Part shown: positions 16,559 to 24,832 of the stretch, piece by piece | Layout of the letters: each line of letters begins with the position of its first letter | Position numbering within the stretch: the stretch's first letter is position 1 | Made by a program: the position numbers and the translations under genes | Assembly: GCF_000195975.1 (NCBI RefSeq) | Contig: NC_005070.1 | Coordinates: 1,530,001 to 1,562,000, forward strand | Length of the DNA stretch: 32,000 nucleotides | Direction of reading: 5' to 3' | DNA from: Parasynechococcus marenigrum WH 8102 | GTDB lineage: Bacteria > Cyanobacteriota > Cyanobacteriia > PCC-6307 > Cyanobiaceae | Notes under the pieces: model-generated | Database searches by the model: none | What the model saw: only the letters and a program-made list of their open reading frames with translations | What the model was told of the DNA's origin: nothing

Positions 16559-17494
16559 TTGATCGCTCGGAAGCTCACCTGGACCCGCCGGTTGTTGGCC
16601 ACCGTTCTGGTGCCACTGGTGGTGTTCGGCTTCGGGTTGATCAGTGCCCAACCGGCCGATGCCGCCCGCGGTGGTCGGATGGGGGGTGGCAGCTTCCGAG
16701 CCCCCTCAATGCCCCGCAGCGGCGGCGGTGGCTACCGCGGCGGTGGTTATGGCGGTGGCATGCGCGGCGGTGGCTTCGGCTTCCCGTTCATCATTCCGAT
16801 CTTCGGATTCGGCGGCGGTGGACTGTTCGGCCTGCTGATCCTGATGGCCGTGGCTGGGGTTCTGGTGAACGCCTTCCGCGGAGGGGGCGGCGCCCCTGCC
16901 ATTGGTGGAGGTTCGCCAATGCCGGCGGTCCCCAGCAAAGTCAATATGCTTCAGGTGCAGGTGGGGATGCTGGCCAGCGCCAAGTCGCTCCAGGAGGACC
17001 TGCGCAGACTGGCGGCCTCCTCCGACACCTCCAGCTCCAGTGGCCTGCAGCGGCTGCTGCAGGAATCCACATTGGCCTTGCTGCGACAGCCTGAGCTTTG
17101 GGTCTACGCCAATGCAGAAAGCGGCAGTGTGCCGTTCAGCAGCGCGGAATCCACGTTCAATCGGCTGTCGATGAACGAGCGCAGCAAGCTCGATGCCGAA
17201 CTCACCAGCAATGTCGCCGGACAGAAGTTCACCGGCGGGACCACCGAGAACGTGGGCGATGCCGACGCCACCAATGAATTCATCGTGGTCACCCTGCTGG
17301 TGGCATCCACCGCAACGGCCAGCCTCAAGGGAGCCAGCACCGGTGAAGAGCTGCGCCAAACGCTGCGCATCCTCGGTTCAACGGCCTCCTCGGAACTGAT
17401 GGCCCTTGAGGTGATCTGGCAACCGGAGGGCCGCGGCGATGTCCTCAGCGCCGAAGAACTTCTCACCGCATACCCGAATTTGCAGCATCTCTGA
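16559..17494 (+). CDS. Glycine-rich membrane protein (resembles the DUF1517 family)
   Basis: It has a signal/TM segment, a GGG(Y/M/F)RGGG low-complexity region, a second TM helix, then a conserved soluble domain (...MLQVQVGMLASAKSLQEDLRRLA...EVIWQPEG...). The start is TTG. Confidence 0.78.
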   Translation: MIARKLTWTRRLLATVLVPLVVFGFGLISAQPADAARGGRMGGGSFRAPSMPRSGGGGYRGGGYGGGMRGGGFGFPFIIPIFGFGGGGLFGLLILMAVAGVLVNAFRGGGGAPAIGGGSPMPAVPSKVNMLQVQVGMLASAKSLQEDLRRLAASSDTSSSSGLQRLLQESTLALLRQPELWVYANAESGSVPFSSAESTFNRLSMNERSKLDAELTSNVAGQKFTGGTTENVGDADATNEFIVVTLLVASTATASLKGASTGEELRQTLRILGSTASSELMALEVIWQPEGRGDVLSAEELLTAYPNLQHL

Positions 17495-17612
17495 GGATCT
17501 GAAGATTTTCTTCCGCAGATCGAGCGCAATATGAGCACTTTTCCTCAGGATCAACACCTAGTTTTCGATTAAGCACATTTGATCGAATTCATTGGCTCCC
17601 AATCCACGCGCA

Positions 17613-17750
17613 ATGGAATGGCAACAGGATGGGGAGCTCTCACGATCCGATTGGAGTGCTCTGATGAGCACACTGCAGCAGGTTGAAACCGATCACAACT
17701 CCGCTGAATTGGAGCGATTGGGAGAGATCAACGACGGCCAGGCAGGCTGA
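17613..17750 (+). CDS. Speculative 45-aa acidic ORF (MEWQQDGELSRSDWSALMSTLQQVETDHNSAELERLGEINDGQAG)
   Basis: This is the only ATG-initiated ORF in the 259-nt lower-GC gap between the DUF1517-like gene and larB. I translated it by hand. No family was recognised. Confidence 0.2.
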   Translation: MEWQQDGELSRSDWSALMSTLQQVETDHNSAELERLGEINDGQAG

Positions 17751-17753
17751 CCC

Positions 17754-18404
17754 TCAACGATTCCGCAGCATCCGCAACGCTGCCATAGCTGCTCCATAAC
17801 CATTGTCGATGTTGACCACGGTCAACCCAGGTGCACAGCTGGCCAGCATGCCCTCAAGAGCTGTCCTGCCTCCCTGGCTAATGCCATAGCCAACAGAAAC
17901 CGGAACACCGATGATCGGCTGCGGCACCAACCCGGCCAACACCGTCGGCAGAGCCCCTTCCATGCCGGCGCAGGCGATCAACACAACAGCAGACTCCAGT
18001 CGTGGGAGCTGGTCCAGCAGCCGATGCAGGCCCGCCACCCCCACATCCATCAGCGGATCCACGGCAATGCCATGGCAGCTCAGGGCAAGAGTTGCTTCTG
18101 CCACGACGCTGCGATCACTGCTGCCACCACTGAGCACCGCCACGGGCGGCGGTCCGGGTGGCGGGGCAGGCAGTTCCCCAAGGGTCAGACAGCGGGCATG
18201 AGCATGAGCCTTCACAGCAGGAAGAGCTGCCAGCACCGCATCGGCCTTCTCAGGTGACACCCGGGTCACCAAACCCAACTCATCGGCCGCTGAAAACCGC
18301 TCCAGGATCGTGATGATCTGCTCGGCGGTCTTGTGCTCACCCCAGACCGCCTCGACCATGCCAAGCCGCTCCCGTCGCTTCAGGTCAAGGCGAGCGTCGA
18401 TCAT
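17754..18404 (-). CDS. larB: LarB-type (PurE-like) nickel-pincer cofactor biosynthesis protein / AIR carboxylase-related protein
   Basis: The signature reads ...LDLKRRERLGMVEAVWGEHKT...VAVLSGGSSDRSVVAEA...IACAGMEGALPTVLAGL...PVIGVPVSVGYG... The ATG overlaps the upstream stop (ATGA). Confidence 0.82.
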   Translation of the reverse strand: MIDARLDLKRRERLGMVEAVWGEHKTAEQIITILERFSAADELGLVTRVSPEKADAVLAALPAVKAHAHARCLTLGELPAPPPGPPPVAVLSGGSSDRSVVAEATLALSCHGIAVDPLMDVGVAGLHRLLDQLPRLESAVVLIACAGMEGALPTVLAGLVPQPIIGVPVSVGYGISQGGRTALEGMLASCAPGLTVVNIDNGYGAAMAALRMLRNR

Positions 18405-18805
18405 CGAGACGGCAGCTCCTGAACCTGGAGTTCGCCTTCCGCCAGCAAGGGGAACAACGGCCCTGCGGCCGGATCCCGCTTCAAGGCCTGATTCACCTGG
18501 GCCTCAAAGACCTCCTGCACCCGCTCCACCTCGGCAGCAGGAATGGCTTTCCATTGCTCACGGCTGCTCCAACGGATCAGCAGCAGGCCCTCCTCTCGCT
18601 GTGGATCCCAGAACAGCTGGCGACCTTCGAATCCAGATTGCTGCTCCAGCCAGGGCTGCCAGCTGCTTGCCTCGGCCTGCAACCAGAGCTCGCGATGGGA
18701 GGCCGGCACAGCTAGTCGCAACTGTTCAATCACCCCCTGCTCCGCCATGGCCGGTGCTGCAACCCCCAGCAGCATGGCCAGAAGCAGTGCGATGGCGCGA
18801 GTCAC
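18401..18805 (-). CDS. Signal-peptide-bearing cyanobacterial protein, probably ABM/Dabb-like fold (resembles TIGR03792-type proteins)
   Basis: The GTG at 18805 overlaps the ispF stop (GTGA). The signal peptide is [20 protein letters not shown], and the mature part reads [43 protein letters not shown]...[16 protein letters not shown]. The ORF extension to 19075 is antisense-shadow sequence. Confidence 0.6.
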   Translation of the reverse strand: MTRAIALLLAMLLGVAAPAMAEQGVIEQLRLAVPASHRELWLQAEASSWQPWLEQQSGFEGRQLFWDPQREEGLLLIRWSSREQWKAIPAAEVERVQEVFEAQVNQALKRDPAAGPLFPLLAEGELQVQELPSR

Positions 18806-19287
18806 GGCTGGCCCAGCAGGACAACGGCCTGACAGCTGATGCCTTCCTCCCGCCCCTCCGGTCCCAGCCGTTCGTTGGTGGTGGCCTTCACACCAACGGC
18901 ATCGGCAGCGATCCCGATACGGGTTGCGATATTGCCGCGCATCGCCTCGATGTGAGGTTTCAGCTTGGGCCGCTCGGCGATCACCACCGCATCGACGTTC
19001 ACCACCTGCCAACCCCGTTGCGTCACCAAGGCCACCACCTGCTCCAGCAGCTGGAGGCTGTCGGCGCCCTTCCATTGCGGATCCGTCGGCGGGAAGTACT
19101 TGCCGATGTCTCCGAGCGACAGCGCACCAAGCAGGGCATCCATCACCGCATGCACCAGCACATCGGCATCGCTGTGGCCATCAAGGCCAAGCCCATCGGG
19201 ATGCTCCAGGGTGACCCCACCGAGGATCAGCGGTCGGCCCTGCACCAACCGGTGGATGTCATAACCGTTGCCGATCCGCATCTGCAT
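18802..19287 (-). CDS. ispF: 2-C-methyl-D-erythritol 2,4-cyclodiphosphate synthase module (possible independent start at ATG 19287 or 19281)
   Basis: The peptide [77 protein letters not shown]...[17 protein letters not shown]... is a full-length IspF. Confidence 0.88.
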   Translation of the reverse strand: MQMRIGNGYDIHRLVQGRPLILGGVTLEHPDGLGLDGHSDADVLVHAVMDALLGALSLGDIGKYFPPTDPQWKGADSLQLLEQVVALVTQRGWQVVNVDAVVIAERPKLKPHIEAMRGNIATRIGIAADAVGVKATTNERLGPEGREEGISCQAVVLLGQP

Positions 19288-20001
19288 GGCCGCTCCTGCG
19301 TCATCACGCGCCATTCTCCAGCGTGCATAGAGATCGGGGCGACGATCCCGCGTGCGTTGCTCCCGCTGCTGCTGGCGCCAGGTCTCGATGGCGGCGTGGT
19401 TTCCGCTCCGCAACACCGCCGGCACCGCCATGCCCTGGAACTCCGCCGGTCGGGTGTAGTGGGGATGTTCCAGCAACAGCGCGCTGTGGCTTTCCTCCAC
19501 CAGTGACTGGGCTGTGCCGACCGTTCCCGGCAACAGCCGCACCACCCCATTGATCACGGTCATCGCCGGCAGCTCGCCACCGGTGAGCACGAAATCACCG
19601 ACGGACACCTCCTCATCGACAAGGCTGCGGATGCGTTCATCAAAGCCCTCGTAATGGCCGCAGAGCAGCACCAGCTGATCATGGTCATGGGCCCAACGCT
19701 GCAGATCGGCCTGCTGCAGAGGGCGCCCCTGGGGTGACATCAGCAGCACCCGAGCACCGCTGCGCCGGGGAATCGACTCCACCGCTGCGAACACCGGTTC
19801 CGGCTTCAGCACCATGCCGGCGCCGCCCCCGTAGGGCTCATCGTCCACCTTGCGGTAGCGGTCGGTGGCGAAATCGCGGGGGTTGTGGAGATGCAACTCG
19901 GCAATGCCGCTACCGAAGGCACGACCGATCACCCCCAGCTCGAGCAAGGGCGCAAAGGCCTGCGGCGCCAGACTCACCACATCGAGGCGATAGGGCGCCA
20001 T
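18802..20001 (-). CDS. trmD: Continuous 399-codon ORF encoding tRNA (guanine37-N1)-methyltransferase TrmD fused in frame to IspF
   Basis: Residues 1-230 are TrmD (...[20 protein letters not shown]...[13 protein letters not shown]...LTGGELPAM...HYTRPAEF...[17 protein letters not shown]...RRPDL). No stop codon occurs before the IspF module. Confidence 0.85.
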   Translation of the reverse strand: MAPYRLDVVSLAPQAFAPLLELGVIGRAFGSGIAELHLHNPRDFATDRYRKVDDEPYGGGAGMVLKPEPVFAAVESIPRRSGARVLLMSPQGRPLQQADLQRWAHDHDQLVLLCGHYEGFDERIRSLVDEEVSVGDFVLTGGELPAMTVINGVVRLLPGTVGTAQSLVEESHSALLLEHPHYTRPAEFQGMAVPAVLRSGNHAAIETWRQQQREQRTRDRRPDLYARWRMARDDAGAAMQMRIGNGYDIHRLVQGRPLILGGVTLEHPDGLGLDGHSDADVLVHAVMDALLGALSLGDIGKYFPPTDPQWKGADSLQLLEQVVALVTQRGWQVVNVDAVVIAERPKLKPHIEAMRGNIATRIGIAADAVGVKATTNERLGPEGREEGISCQAVVLLGQP

Positions 20002-20007
20002 CAGGGT

Positions 20008-20475
20008 TCAGGCGGCTGCTTTGGACACCCGGCGGATGTCCGTGCAAAAACTCCCCTGCCGCGGCGTTCCGTCCTGATCGGTGGCCGTGGTGCTGCGCAG
20101 TCGCAGATTGGCGCGGGTGAACCAGATCCGCTCCTGAACCGTCATCCCATCCGGGCGCGACAGGTTCAATTCCATGCTGCCGTCAGGCCAGAAGCGCCAC
20201 TGCCCCGCGGATGTTCCATCGATGGCCAAAGCACCATCGCGAAGAAACCGAAGGGTGGTGCTGGCGCCTCCAGGGGCGGTCACCACCAGCTCCCCTTCCG
20301 CTTCATCCACTGCTTCGCCGAAACGCACCACCAGCTCTCCGCGTTCGCTGCTGTGCCAGTCATCGTCGCCGCCGCTTGAGAGCTCAAAGCTGCTGCGCAG
20401 GCTCATCCACTCGCCGGCACAGAGCCCGAGAAACGCTGCGGCATCTACCGGAGGGAAGGGTTGGTCGCTCATCAA
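20008..20475 (-). CDS. Phycobiliprotein (bilin) lyase, CpcS/CpeS/CpcU family
   Basis: The family hallmarks are G.W.SLRS near the N-terminus, ERIWFTRANLRLRS, and SFCTDIRRV near the C-terminus. The ORF is 155 aa and its stop lies 6 nt upstream of the trmD start. Confidence 0.82.
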   Translation of the reverse strand: MMSDQPFPPVDAAAFLGLCAGEWMSLRSSFELSSGGDDDWHSSERGELVVRFGEAVDEAEGELVVTAPGGASTTLRFLRDGALAIDGTSAGQWRFWPDGSMELNLSRPDGMTVQERIWFTRANLRLRSTTATDQDGTPRQGSFCTDIRRVSKAAA

Positions 20476-20494
20476 TCCATCTTCTCAGTCGGCT

Positions 20495-21397
20495 TCACCA
20501 GGTGAAGGGCAAAAACGGGTAGGGACGGTTCCAGCCGTAGAGGGCAAGGCGCTCACGTCCTGGTTGAGCGGCCCCACGCCGATGGAAGGCGAACACATCC
20601 GCTAGCACCAGGGTGTTGGCTCGGCAGGGCAAGGTCACCGGCGCCGGCAGCCCAAGGGCCTCAAGATCCTTCTCCTGGATTCGAAACGAGCCGGAGACAT
20701 CCGGCTGCTGCTGGTTGCGAATCGCCGCATTGGCGGTGACCTGCTCCCAGCGCAGCCGCTCTGGGGTGAGCCGATGGCTGCCGGGCACCACTTCAAAAGG
20801 ACCATCCTCTGCCGTGACCGGCCTCAGGAACAGCCAGAACTTCAGCGCCCGAAAAAATGTGTCGCGGTGCAGATCCTTCTGCAGATCCGGCGTGCGGCTC
20901 TCTTCACCGTGAACCGTGAGGTAAACGTCCAATTTGCGCGAATCCATCGGCACACCGATCACCTGGCGGGACCAACGGCTGAGGCGGGGATCGCGGGTCA
21001 CCGCCGCCGCATGGGGCAACGTCACGGGATCGATGTGCAGAAATCGGTTGAGTGTGCCGCCGTCGTAGCGATCGAACCCCCCGGGGAACGGCTGTTTGGG
21101 CTGGAATCCTGTTCGCGCGTTGGCGGGCATCGGATGCTGCTCCTGAGCGGCAGCCAGGTGAGCCTCCACCTCATCCCGCACGGCCCTGAATGTCGGCTCC
21201 GGCAACACGTCCGGCACCACCAGAAAGCCATCCCGCTCCAGCTGGCGCTCCTGGACCGGTCTCAACCAGCGGCGCCAGCGGCAGAGCGCCTCCGCCAGCT
21301 GCAAGCGACGGCGATGCAACTGCCAACTGTGATTGAGCGCAGGCTGCCCCACCCATGGGTCACGGAAGCTCTTGGTGCGGCTGAGCAGCGACAGCAT
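20495..21397 (-). CDS. Phytanoyl-CoA dioxygenase (PhyH) family Fe(II)/2-oxoglutarate-dependent oxygenase
   Basis: The signature includes ...LERDGFLVVPDVL... and an H.D motif (LHRDT), followed by ...FEVVPGSHRL... and a distal His/Arg (FHRRG). The ATG shares one nucleotide with the era stop (TGATG). Confidence 0.8.
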   Translation of the reverse strand: MLSLLSRTKSFRDPWVGQPALNHSWQLHRRRLQLAEALCRWRRWLRPVQERQLERDGFLVVPDVLPEPTFRAVRDEVEAHLAAAQEQHPMPANARTGFQPKQPFPGGFDRYDGGTLNRFLHIDPVTLPHAAAVTRDPRLSRWSRQVIGVPMDSRKLDVYLTVHGEESRTPDLQKDLHRDTFFRALKFWLFLRPVTAEDGPFEVVPGSHRLTPERLRWEQVTANAAIRNQQQPDVSGSFRIQEKDLEALGLPAPVTLPCRANTLVLADVFAFHRRGAAQPGRERLALYGWNRPYPFLPFTW

Positions 21398-22332
21398 CAG
21401 GACTCCACCCCGTAGCCCAGCTCGGCCAGCCGGGCCGGTTTGCTGCGCCAGTCGGGAACCACCTTCACGAACAGCTCCAGATACACCGGCCCGTCGATCA
21501 GGGTCTGCATCTGCAGCCGGGCGCCCTGGCCGATGGTTTTGAGCATCGCCCCGCCTTTGCCGATCAGAATTCCCTTCTGGCTTTTGCGCTCCACCATCAC
21601 CGTGGCCAGCACAGCCGTACGCCCGCCACCCTTGCCGCCAGCAGGCAACTCCTCTACGCGATCGATGGTCACCGCAACGCTGTGGGGAATCTCCTCTCGG
21701 GTGTGCAGCAACACCTGCTCCCGGATCAGCTCTCCCATCAACACCCGCTCCGGTTGGTCAGAGACCATCTCCGGGGGATACAGCTGCGGGCCCAGGGGCA
21801 ACTGCGCCGCCATCGCCGAGCTCAGTGCGCTGCAGCCCTCTCCGGACAGGGCACTGCAGCGGTGAATCGGCCAAGCCGTCTCCTTAAGCAGCTCGCCGTA
21901 GGCCGCCTCTGCCTCCGCCTGACGATCCTCCGGCAGCTTGTCCCATTTATTCAGGGCCACCAAGACCGGCAGCGGCTGCTGCCGCAGCAGCTTGACGATG
22001 AAGGCATCCCCACGCCCCGGACGCTCACAGCCCTCCAGCAACAGCACCACCAGATCCACTTCGCCGATGGCACTGCGGGCGCTCTGCACCAACCGTTCCC
22101 CCAGCAAGTGGTGGGGTTTGTGAATGCCTGGGGTGTCCACAAGCACCATCTGGGCGTCCTCGGTGGTGAGGATGGCCCGCAGACGGTTACGGGTGGTCTG
22201 GGCCACAGGCGAGGTGATCGCCACCTTCTCCCCCACCAGCTGGTTCACCAGGGTGGATTTGCCCACGTTGGGCCTGCCGATCAGTGCGATGAAGCCGGAG
22301 CGGTGGTTCTCCGACGACGAAGTGGAAAGCAT
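21397..22332 (-). CDS. era: GTPase Era
   Basis: The G1 motif is GRPNVGKSTL and G3 is DTPG, with NKWD and a C-terminal KH domain. ATG 22332 (MLSTSSS...) is preferred over GTG 22353. Confidence 0.92.
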   Translation of the reverse strand: MLSTSSSENHRSGFIALIGRPNVGKSTLVNQLVGEKVAITSPVAQTTRNRLRAILTTEDAQMVLVDTPGIHKPHHLLGERLVQSARSAIGEVDLVVLLLEGCERPGRGDAFIVKLLRQQPLPVLVALNKWDKLPEDRQAEAEAAYGELLKETAWPIHRCSALSGEGCSALSSAMAAQLPLGPQLYPPEMVSDQPERVLMGELIREQVLLHTREEIPHSVAVTIDRVEELPAGGKGGGRTAVLATVMVERKSQKGILIGKGGAMLKTIGQGARLQMQTLIDGPVYLELFVKVVPDWRSKPARLAELGYGVES

Positions 22333-22412
22333 GACGCAAGTCTGCGCCGTCACTGTCCCCGTTTCGTTGTGCAGTTCCGGCCATAGCCTGGCCTGCAGGG
22401 CAGATCACGGCC

Positions 22413-22934
22413 ATGGCGGAGCAGCAACCCACCTTCCAGCAGGCGATGGAGATCACCGCTGCCTGGCTGCAGCAGTGGGAGAACGAGGAGATCACCGATG
22501 AGGTGCTGGCGGACCGAATCGGTGAAATGGTGTCCAGCCGCGACGGCGCTCGGGGGTTCTTTGTGGTCAGCCTGGCTGGCGACAGCGCGCTGATGGATCG
22601 ACTGCCGGATGCTGTGGTGGGGCAGTTGCGTGCCGCCGGCTCGGGCGTGGTGGATCTGAGCGTACGCAACCTGGCCATGAGCACAGCGATGGCGGTTACC
22701 CACGGCCGCTCCGGTGACAGCGCTCAGCAGTCAGGATCGCAACGGGTGAGCAGCCGCTGCTCGGAATTGCTGCGTCAACTGGAGCCGGCCCTCGTCAAGG
22801 AGCGGCTGGAGCAACTGCTGGAAGCAACGGTCGACAACACAGGCGCCGATGTCGCCTTTCTGGAGAAGTGGGGCTACGACGCCGAGCAGCGTGTTGCGAT
22901 CAGCAAGAGCGTCTACGCCGTCGCCGACGACTGA
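22413..22934 (+). CDS. Conserved-looking hypothetical protein, 173 aa
   Basis: This clean ATG ORF is divergent from era and has a balanced composition (MAEQQPTFQQAMEITAAWLQQWENEEITDEVLADRIGE...). No family was recognised. Confidence 0.65.
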   Translation: MAEQQPTFQQAMEITAAWLQQWENEEITDEVLADRIGEMVSSRDGARGFFVVSLAGDSALMDRLPDAVVGQLRAAGSGVVDLSVRNLAMSTAMAVTHGRSGDSAQQSGSQRVSSRCSELLRQLEPALVKERLEQLLEATVDNTGADVAFLEKWGYDAEQRVAISKSVYAVADD

Positions 22935-22950
22935 GGGCTGACACTAACCA

Positions 22951-22978
22951 ACAAAAAAGCCCCGGATCATCCGGGGCT
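22951..22978 (-). terminator. Rho-independent terminator for the minus-strand BI-1-like gene (possibly also acting on the convergent plus-strand gene)
   Basis: An 8-bp stem pairs 22959-22966 with 22970-22977 (gccccgga/tccggggc) around a 3-nt loop. On the minus strand it is followed by UUUUUUGU (the plus-strand A-run at 22953-22958). It lies 52 nt downstream of the stop at 23030. Confidence 0.7.
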
Positions 22979-23029
22979 GCAGGAAGAGAATCAACGTCGA
23001 AAGGATCAATCCCAACGGGGTCAACCGTG

Positions 23030-23761
23030 TCAGTCGCGGCGGCCACCGCCGTTGAGCACGATGATCAATCTCAGGATAAAGATGAACAGGTTGATATAGG
23101 TGAGATACATGCTGAGGGCACCCGCCAGGTACTGCTCATCCCGATAAGCACGAGGCATTGTGTAGAAGTCGACGAAGGCTGCGCCAACGAACAGCACCGT
23201 GCCGAACCCGGCAATCATCAGCTCGAAGCTGGTTCCATGGAACATCGCCGGAGCGAAGATTCCACCAATGAATTGAACCACCATTGCCAGGATCAGGCCG
23301 ATCAACCCCAGACCGACAACACCAGAAAGAGCCTGACCGACGCTGTCGCTCATGCGACGCCCCACAATCGAGGCGATCACAAAGGTGATGCCGGTTGCCA
23401 GAGCAGCGGTTCCGACGGCTCCGACTCCGGCAACCGCACCCGCGAGAGCCACCAGTCCACTGAGGGTGAAACCAGTGATCAGGCTGTAAACGGCCAGAAG
23501 TGGCAACGCCGTGGCGTTGTTGCCCTTCATCGCGACGTTCTGCGCCACAAAGAAGAGAATCAAATTGCCGATCACTGCCACCCAGAACAGGGGCATGAAC
23601 ATCGGCGTTGCCATCATCGACAGGCCACCGATCACCCCGACGGAGGTGAGGACCATGCCGCCACCGACGTAGGGCAGGGCTTTGTTGACCACATTGGGCC
23701 CAACCAGGGCGCTGGACTGCGCGTCGCGGATGGCCTGTTGGAAGTTGCTGCTTGCTGGCAT
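23030..23761 (-). CDS. Bax inhibitor-1 / YccA family membrane protein
   Basis: The ATG at 23761 (MPASSNFQQAIRDAQSSALVGPNVVNKALPYVGGGM...) gives 243 aa with about seven TM helices. The C-terminal pattern ...YLTYINLFIFILRLI... is typical of BI-1 proteins. Confidence 0.83.
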   Translation of the reverse strand: MPASSNFQQAIRDAQSSALVGPNVVNKALPYVGGGMVLTSVGVIGGLSMMATPMFMPLFWVAVIGNLILFFVAQNVAMKGNNATALPLLAVYSLITGFTLSGLVALAGAVAGVGAVGTAALATGITFVIASIVGRRMSDSVGQALSGVVGLGLIGLILAMVVQFIGGIFAPAMFHGTSFELMIAGFGTVLFVGAAFVDFYTMPRAYRDEQYLAGALSMYLTYINLFIFILRLIIVLNGGGRRD

Positions 23762-23828
23762 GTCGACCAGACCACAATCACTCCAAACATCCTGCCAGCG
23801 TTGACAAGGGTCTGGGGTTCGGATCTCC

Positions 23829-24824
23829 CTATCGACGCACAGGCCTTGACGAGCGCTGGTCGTCGAGGCTGGCATAGGCCTCCACCACCCGCTGCACCAG
23901 CGGATGTCGCACCACATCGGCTGACGTCAACCGACACACGGCAACGCCTTCAACGCCATCCAGCACATCGGAAGCTTCCACCAGACCACTCGGAACGCCC
24001 TGGGGAAGATCAACTTGGGTGATGTCACCGGTGACCACCATCCGAGAGCGCTCGCCCAAGCGGGTCAGGACCATGCGCATCTGGGCCGGTGTGGTGTTCT
24101 GCGCCTCATCAAGGATCACAAACGCGTCACTGAGGGTGCGTCCCCGCATGTAGGCCAGCGGAGCCACCTCAATCACACCTTTCTCCAGCAACACCGTTGT
24201 TTTGTCCGGCCCCAGCAGGGCATGTAGAGCGTCGTACAGCGGCCGAAGGTAGGGATCCACCTTCTGCTGCAGATCGCCGGGAAGAAACCCCAGTCGCTCT
24301 CCCGCCTCAACAGCTGGTCGGGTCAGGATCAATCGTTCCACCTTGCGCTCCGTTAGCATCCGCACTGCCAGAACCGTGGCCAGAAAGGTCTTGCCCGTTC
24401 CCGCGGGTCCAAGCGCGAAGGTGAGGTCGTGCCGCTCCATGGCATCGACGTAATGCTTCTGCCGCAGCGTCCGCGGTCTGAGCATCGAACCGGTCTGACT
24501 GCGCGCCAGCACCTGCTCTCCCATCGCAGCATGGTCGTCGCCCTGACCGCGGCTGAGGGCACCAAGAGCAGCCTGAAGATCCACGCTGGAGACGGCTTGC
24601 CCGTCCTGCCAGATCGGCCTCACCAGTTCCACCACCGCAGCGGCCCGCTCGATCTGCGTCGGCCGCCCGGTGATCATTAATTGAAGGCCCCGCAACACCA
24701 ACGACGCTCCTGTCAGAGCCTCGAGGCGATGCAGAGTGGTTTCTGCAGCTCCAGCAAGGGCCAAAGCGGCCTCAGGATCGGGAAGATCAAAAATGAAGCG
24801 GCTGCGAGCGCCGTCCTCAGGCAC
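23829..24824 (-). CDS. phoH: PhoH-family ATPase
   Basis: Walker A is GPAGTGKTFLA, followed by ...LTRPAVEAGERLGFLPGDL...DPYLRPLYDAL...ILDEAQNTT...VVTGDITQVDLP... Confidence 0.9.
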   Translation of the reverse strand: MPEDGARSRFIFDLPDPEAALALAGAAETTLHRLEALTGASLVLRGLQLMITGRPTQIERAAAVVELVRPIWQDGQAVSSVDLQAALGALSRGQGDDHAAMGEQVLARSQTGSMLRPRTLRQKHYVDAMERHDLTFALGPAGTGKTFLATVLAVRMLTERKVERLILTRPAVEAGERLGFLPGDLQQKVDPYLRPLYDALHALLGPDKTTVLLEKGVIEVAPLAYMRGRTLSDAFVILDEAQNTTPAQMRMVLTRLGERSRMVVTGDITQVDLPQGVPSGLVEASDVLDGVEGVAVCRLTSADVVRHPLVQRVVEAYASLDDQRSSRPVRR

Positions 24825-24832
24825 CGGGGAGA

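Noticed and set aside
16456-17094. An alternative-frame 212-aa ORF, and minus-strand ORFs, across the glycine-rich region of the DUF1517-like gene.
   Set aside because: GGN-repeat DNA is open in several frames. Only the frame with a signal/TM segment and the conserved C-terminal domain makes a coherent protein.
22868-24022. A 384-aa plus-strand ORF antisense to the BI-1-like gene and phoH.
   Set aside because: The translation is rich in Arg, His, Asp and Gln and looks like nonsense. It crosses a strong terminator hairpin and two well-supported minus-strand genes.
23829-24824. PhoH, Era and the BI-1-like protein as parts of a defence or abortive-infection module.
   Set aside because: The ffh-rpsP-phoH arrangement and era are ordinary housekeeping context. 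No nuclease, sensor or other defence hallmark is adjacent.
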